From: Vicugna vicugna
Lineage: Eukaryota
Direction: 5' to 3'
Assembly (NCBI GenBank): GCA_013265495.1
Contig: MU061579.1
Location: 6,982,124-7,046,123 of the forward strand
Length of the DNA stretch: 64,000 nt
Shown: positions 61,946 through 64,000 of the stretch, piece after piece
How positions within the stretch are numbered: position 1 is the first letter of the stretch
Layout of the letters: each line of letters opens with the position of its first letter
Notes under the pieces: generated by a model
The model's database searches: none
What the model was told of the DNA's origin: nothing
The model's input: the letters and a program-made list of their open reading frames with translations, nothing else
Translations under genes and position numbers: made by a program

Positions 61946-62266
61946 TCTTTGTTTCTGTCTTGCCCTCCTCACTATTGCACATTCCCATCTCAGTGCCAAG
62001 TAATAAGAGTTAAAATAACATTTTGAAGAAGCAAATAATTTCTACTCCTTACCACTTCATAATTTTTTCATGTATTATTTGGTTCTATTTTTTTTTTAGA
62101 GTATCTCAACAATAATCCTTGTTTAATATATTCCCCAATTCCACATCTGGCAATATGTCTTCATTTGTAAATTGATGTTTTGTTTGGGTTTTAAACATCT
62201 GGAGCCTTTTAGGGAGATTGAATATTATCAGCTTTACTGTGAAGTTAGTGTTTTCAGCCCTTAAAA

Positions 62267-62297
62267 GGGGGTGGGGTGTTGGGGGTGGGGGGGTGGG
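62267..62297 (+). repeat. G-tract cluster with G-quadruplex potential
   Basis: GGGGG-T-GGGG-TGTT-GGGGG-T-GGGGGGG-T-GGG: five runs of at least 3 G with loops of 1-4 nt. Confidence 0.7.
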
Positions 62298-63762
62298 CAT
62301 CTGAGCCCAAGATTAGATAAATCATGGAAGAGCTTAATCTGCTGCCTCCATCGGAGCCACAGCAGCACGTGGGCCATGCTCAGGTGTGTCCTCCTCGGCT
62401 GGGTCCTCCTGCTTTCCCTTTGGACTCGGGTGCATGTTGGCTCTCCCGTGGGAAGAGACCCTACTTGTTTGGCTCACAGGGTGATCCAGAAGACCTTGTA
62501 TTGAATCTTGGATCCCATGTAAACACTGGTTCCCGTCACTCAGTCTGGCTGCAGCTACATCTTAGACTCTCAAGATCGGTTGTTTGCCTCTTAAAACAGG
62601 CTCAAAAACAGTAGGAAAGGAGAGTAGGTCAGTGTGGCATATGGTTGAGTTTGCATGGACAGATTGCTTGAGAATAACAGGCACAATCTTTTAAATTGGT
62701 TCCTTAGTTATAAATGTGGTATGCAGCTGTTTCATAGTTTTGGCTGGGATTGAGGTACATTTAGCAATTGGTACTTTTCATGAGATAACACATTAACCTA
62801 ATTTTTCAAAGCTCTGCTTCTCATCTCTCTCTCTGAAGTTAGTTGGGTGAGGAACAGACTCTCTTTGCTATAAGCATCTTACGGCATCAAAATTGACAAG
62901 GAGCGTCGTCCAGCGCGGGTGGCCTTGGAATCCTTTTCTGATCAAAGCAGTCAGCATTAAACACATATATATTCTGTGGTTCTTCTGGTTTCAGGTTGTC
63001 TGTTTCTTCTTGTATTTTTTAATGACACAAATAATTTCAAAAATATTTTATTTCAAAGATTTTACACACTGTGGCACAAGTGAAATGATCCCCTCTCTGA
63101 TACAACAGGTCCCTGAGTCCAGGGTGTGGGCTAATTAAACCGCTGGCAAATCCAATCCACTGGGTGTGGAATCTGCTTGTTTGAGATGTCAGCTCCCACA
63201 ATGTGTCTTGCCTAACTATTGTGCTCATTGCATGGATGCTATGTGGAATCTTGCAAAAGTGGCAGTAGTTGTAAACACTTTAGGAAATGATGATGGTAGA
63301 GAATGATAGATGGGTTTTTTTAGAAATCGGTAACTAGATTAATCAGTGTGTCTCTGTGTGTGTTTTGAAATGTTTACACTTAATGGGGTTAAAACATCTG
63401 ATAGCCCTACAAGTTTTCCTTCTACCTCTTCCAAAGACAGTATGGTTGTGGCTATTTCAGACCTCCATGTGAGGGTCTTACATAGACATAAAGAATCACC
63501 AGTGAATTCTCTGCCAGCATCCACAGAACTTCCCCGGGGGGCTCCCATCCATCCTGTGGGATTCTTGTGCATGCCTGGTAGATCTCAGCTCTGCTTTCTC
63601 TGTGAAGAGCAAGTCTCCTCCAGCAGGCAGTATCCCATCATTTCACAGTACGGGACCCCAACTTGATTACATTAATGTTTCTTTGTAAGCTTTCTTTTTT
63701 TCCAGAAATATATACATATGTGGATGTAACTCACTTTCTGTTTGTTTGCTTTTCTACCACAG

Positions 63763-63851
63763 ACACGGGAGCAGAAAGACAGGCACTAAGAGAAAATGTG
63801 TATCCTAAACTGAGAGAATTCTGCAGAGAAAACTATGGATTAGAATTTCAG
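63763..63851 (+). CDS. NWD2: Internal coding exon (exon 2) of NWD2; part of the N-terminal DUF4062-like domain of a NACHT-WD40 STAND protein
   Basis: Pyrimidine tract and acceptor tttctgtttgtttgcttttctaccacAG (AG at 63761-62); donor CAG|GTAATT (GT at 63852-53). The 89 nt are 2 nt plus 29 codons (phase 1 in, phase 0 out), reading (D)TGAERQALRENVYPKLREFCRENYGLEFQ, which matches my recollection of NWD2 after ...VFISANPE. Branch-point-like CTCAC at 63730-34. Confidence 0.93.
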
Positions 63852-64000
63852 GTAATTATGCAATTAATTTCATTTTTAATTATATCAGCTTAATAATGTT
63901 TGTTTCTTGTCACAGCTTGGCTGTTATAAAAGACAAATTTTAAGTGCCCCCCCCAATTTAATTTTTTAAGCATAGGTGAAAAGAAACACTGTAAAATGGA

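Larger units (their letters stand above)
1..63762 (+). other. NWD2: Large first intron of NWD2 (partial; exon 1 lies upstream of the window)
   Basis: No other recognisable coding exon upstream of the exon-2 acceptor; CpG-rich start of the window; most L1 and LTR copies are antisense to +, as is typical inside genes. Confidence 0.8.

Noticed and set aside
63663..63893. 76-aa ORF as a stand-alone gene
   Set aside because: Only 63763-63851 is exon. The N- and C-terminal parts are translated intron (polypyrimidine tract and donor).
1..64000. Prokaryotic-style novel system (operon, CRISPR, defence island), tRNA/rRNA genes, processed pseudogene
   Set aside because: The sequence is a mammalian intron. 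I saw no repeat-spacer array, no structured RNA gene and no retrocopy that I could recognise; an Rfam/Infernal scan and a translated search would be needed to exclude weak cases.

Overview
Mammalian genomic DNA: AT-rich and repeat-dense, with no prokaryotic features. The only protein-coding sequence I can support is one 89-bp internal exon at 63763-63851 (+). It reads (D)TGAERQALRENVYPKLREFCRENYGLEFQ, which I recognise as exon 2 of NWD2 (NACHT and WD-repeat domain containing 2, KIAA1239). The first ~63.7 kb is therefore most likely NWD2 intron 1, beginning in the CpG-rich tail of the promoter/exon 1 island. The intron is filled with MIR, L2, MaLR/ERV LTRs, Tigger/MER DNA transposons and several ages of L1. 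The young L1 3' tails look artiodactyl, most like camelid, and I saw no Alu, B1/B2, BovB/Bov-tA, PRE-1 or Can-SINE; the species call is an inference. I found no evidence of a new multi-gene system. The most interesting structures are: (1) a complete Tigger1 inside a MIR, itself carrying two solo LTRs and an L1 flanked by an unusually long ~45-bp duplication; (2) a 31-bp apparently templated insertion in an MLT1 LTR end, matching sequence 810 bp away; (3) a two-LTR MaLR provirus whose LTRs disagree; (4) closely spaced inverted L1 pairs; (5) a few candidate regulatory or splicing motifs. Repeat family names come from recall of consensus sequences, and most repeat boundaries are approximate (tens of bp) unless a TSD or TIR is quoted.
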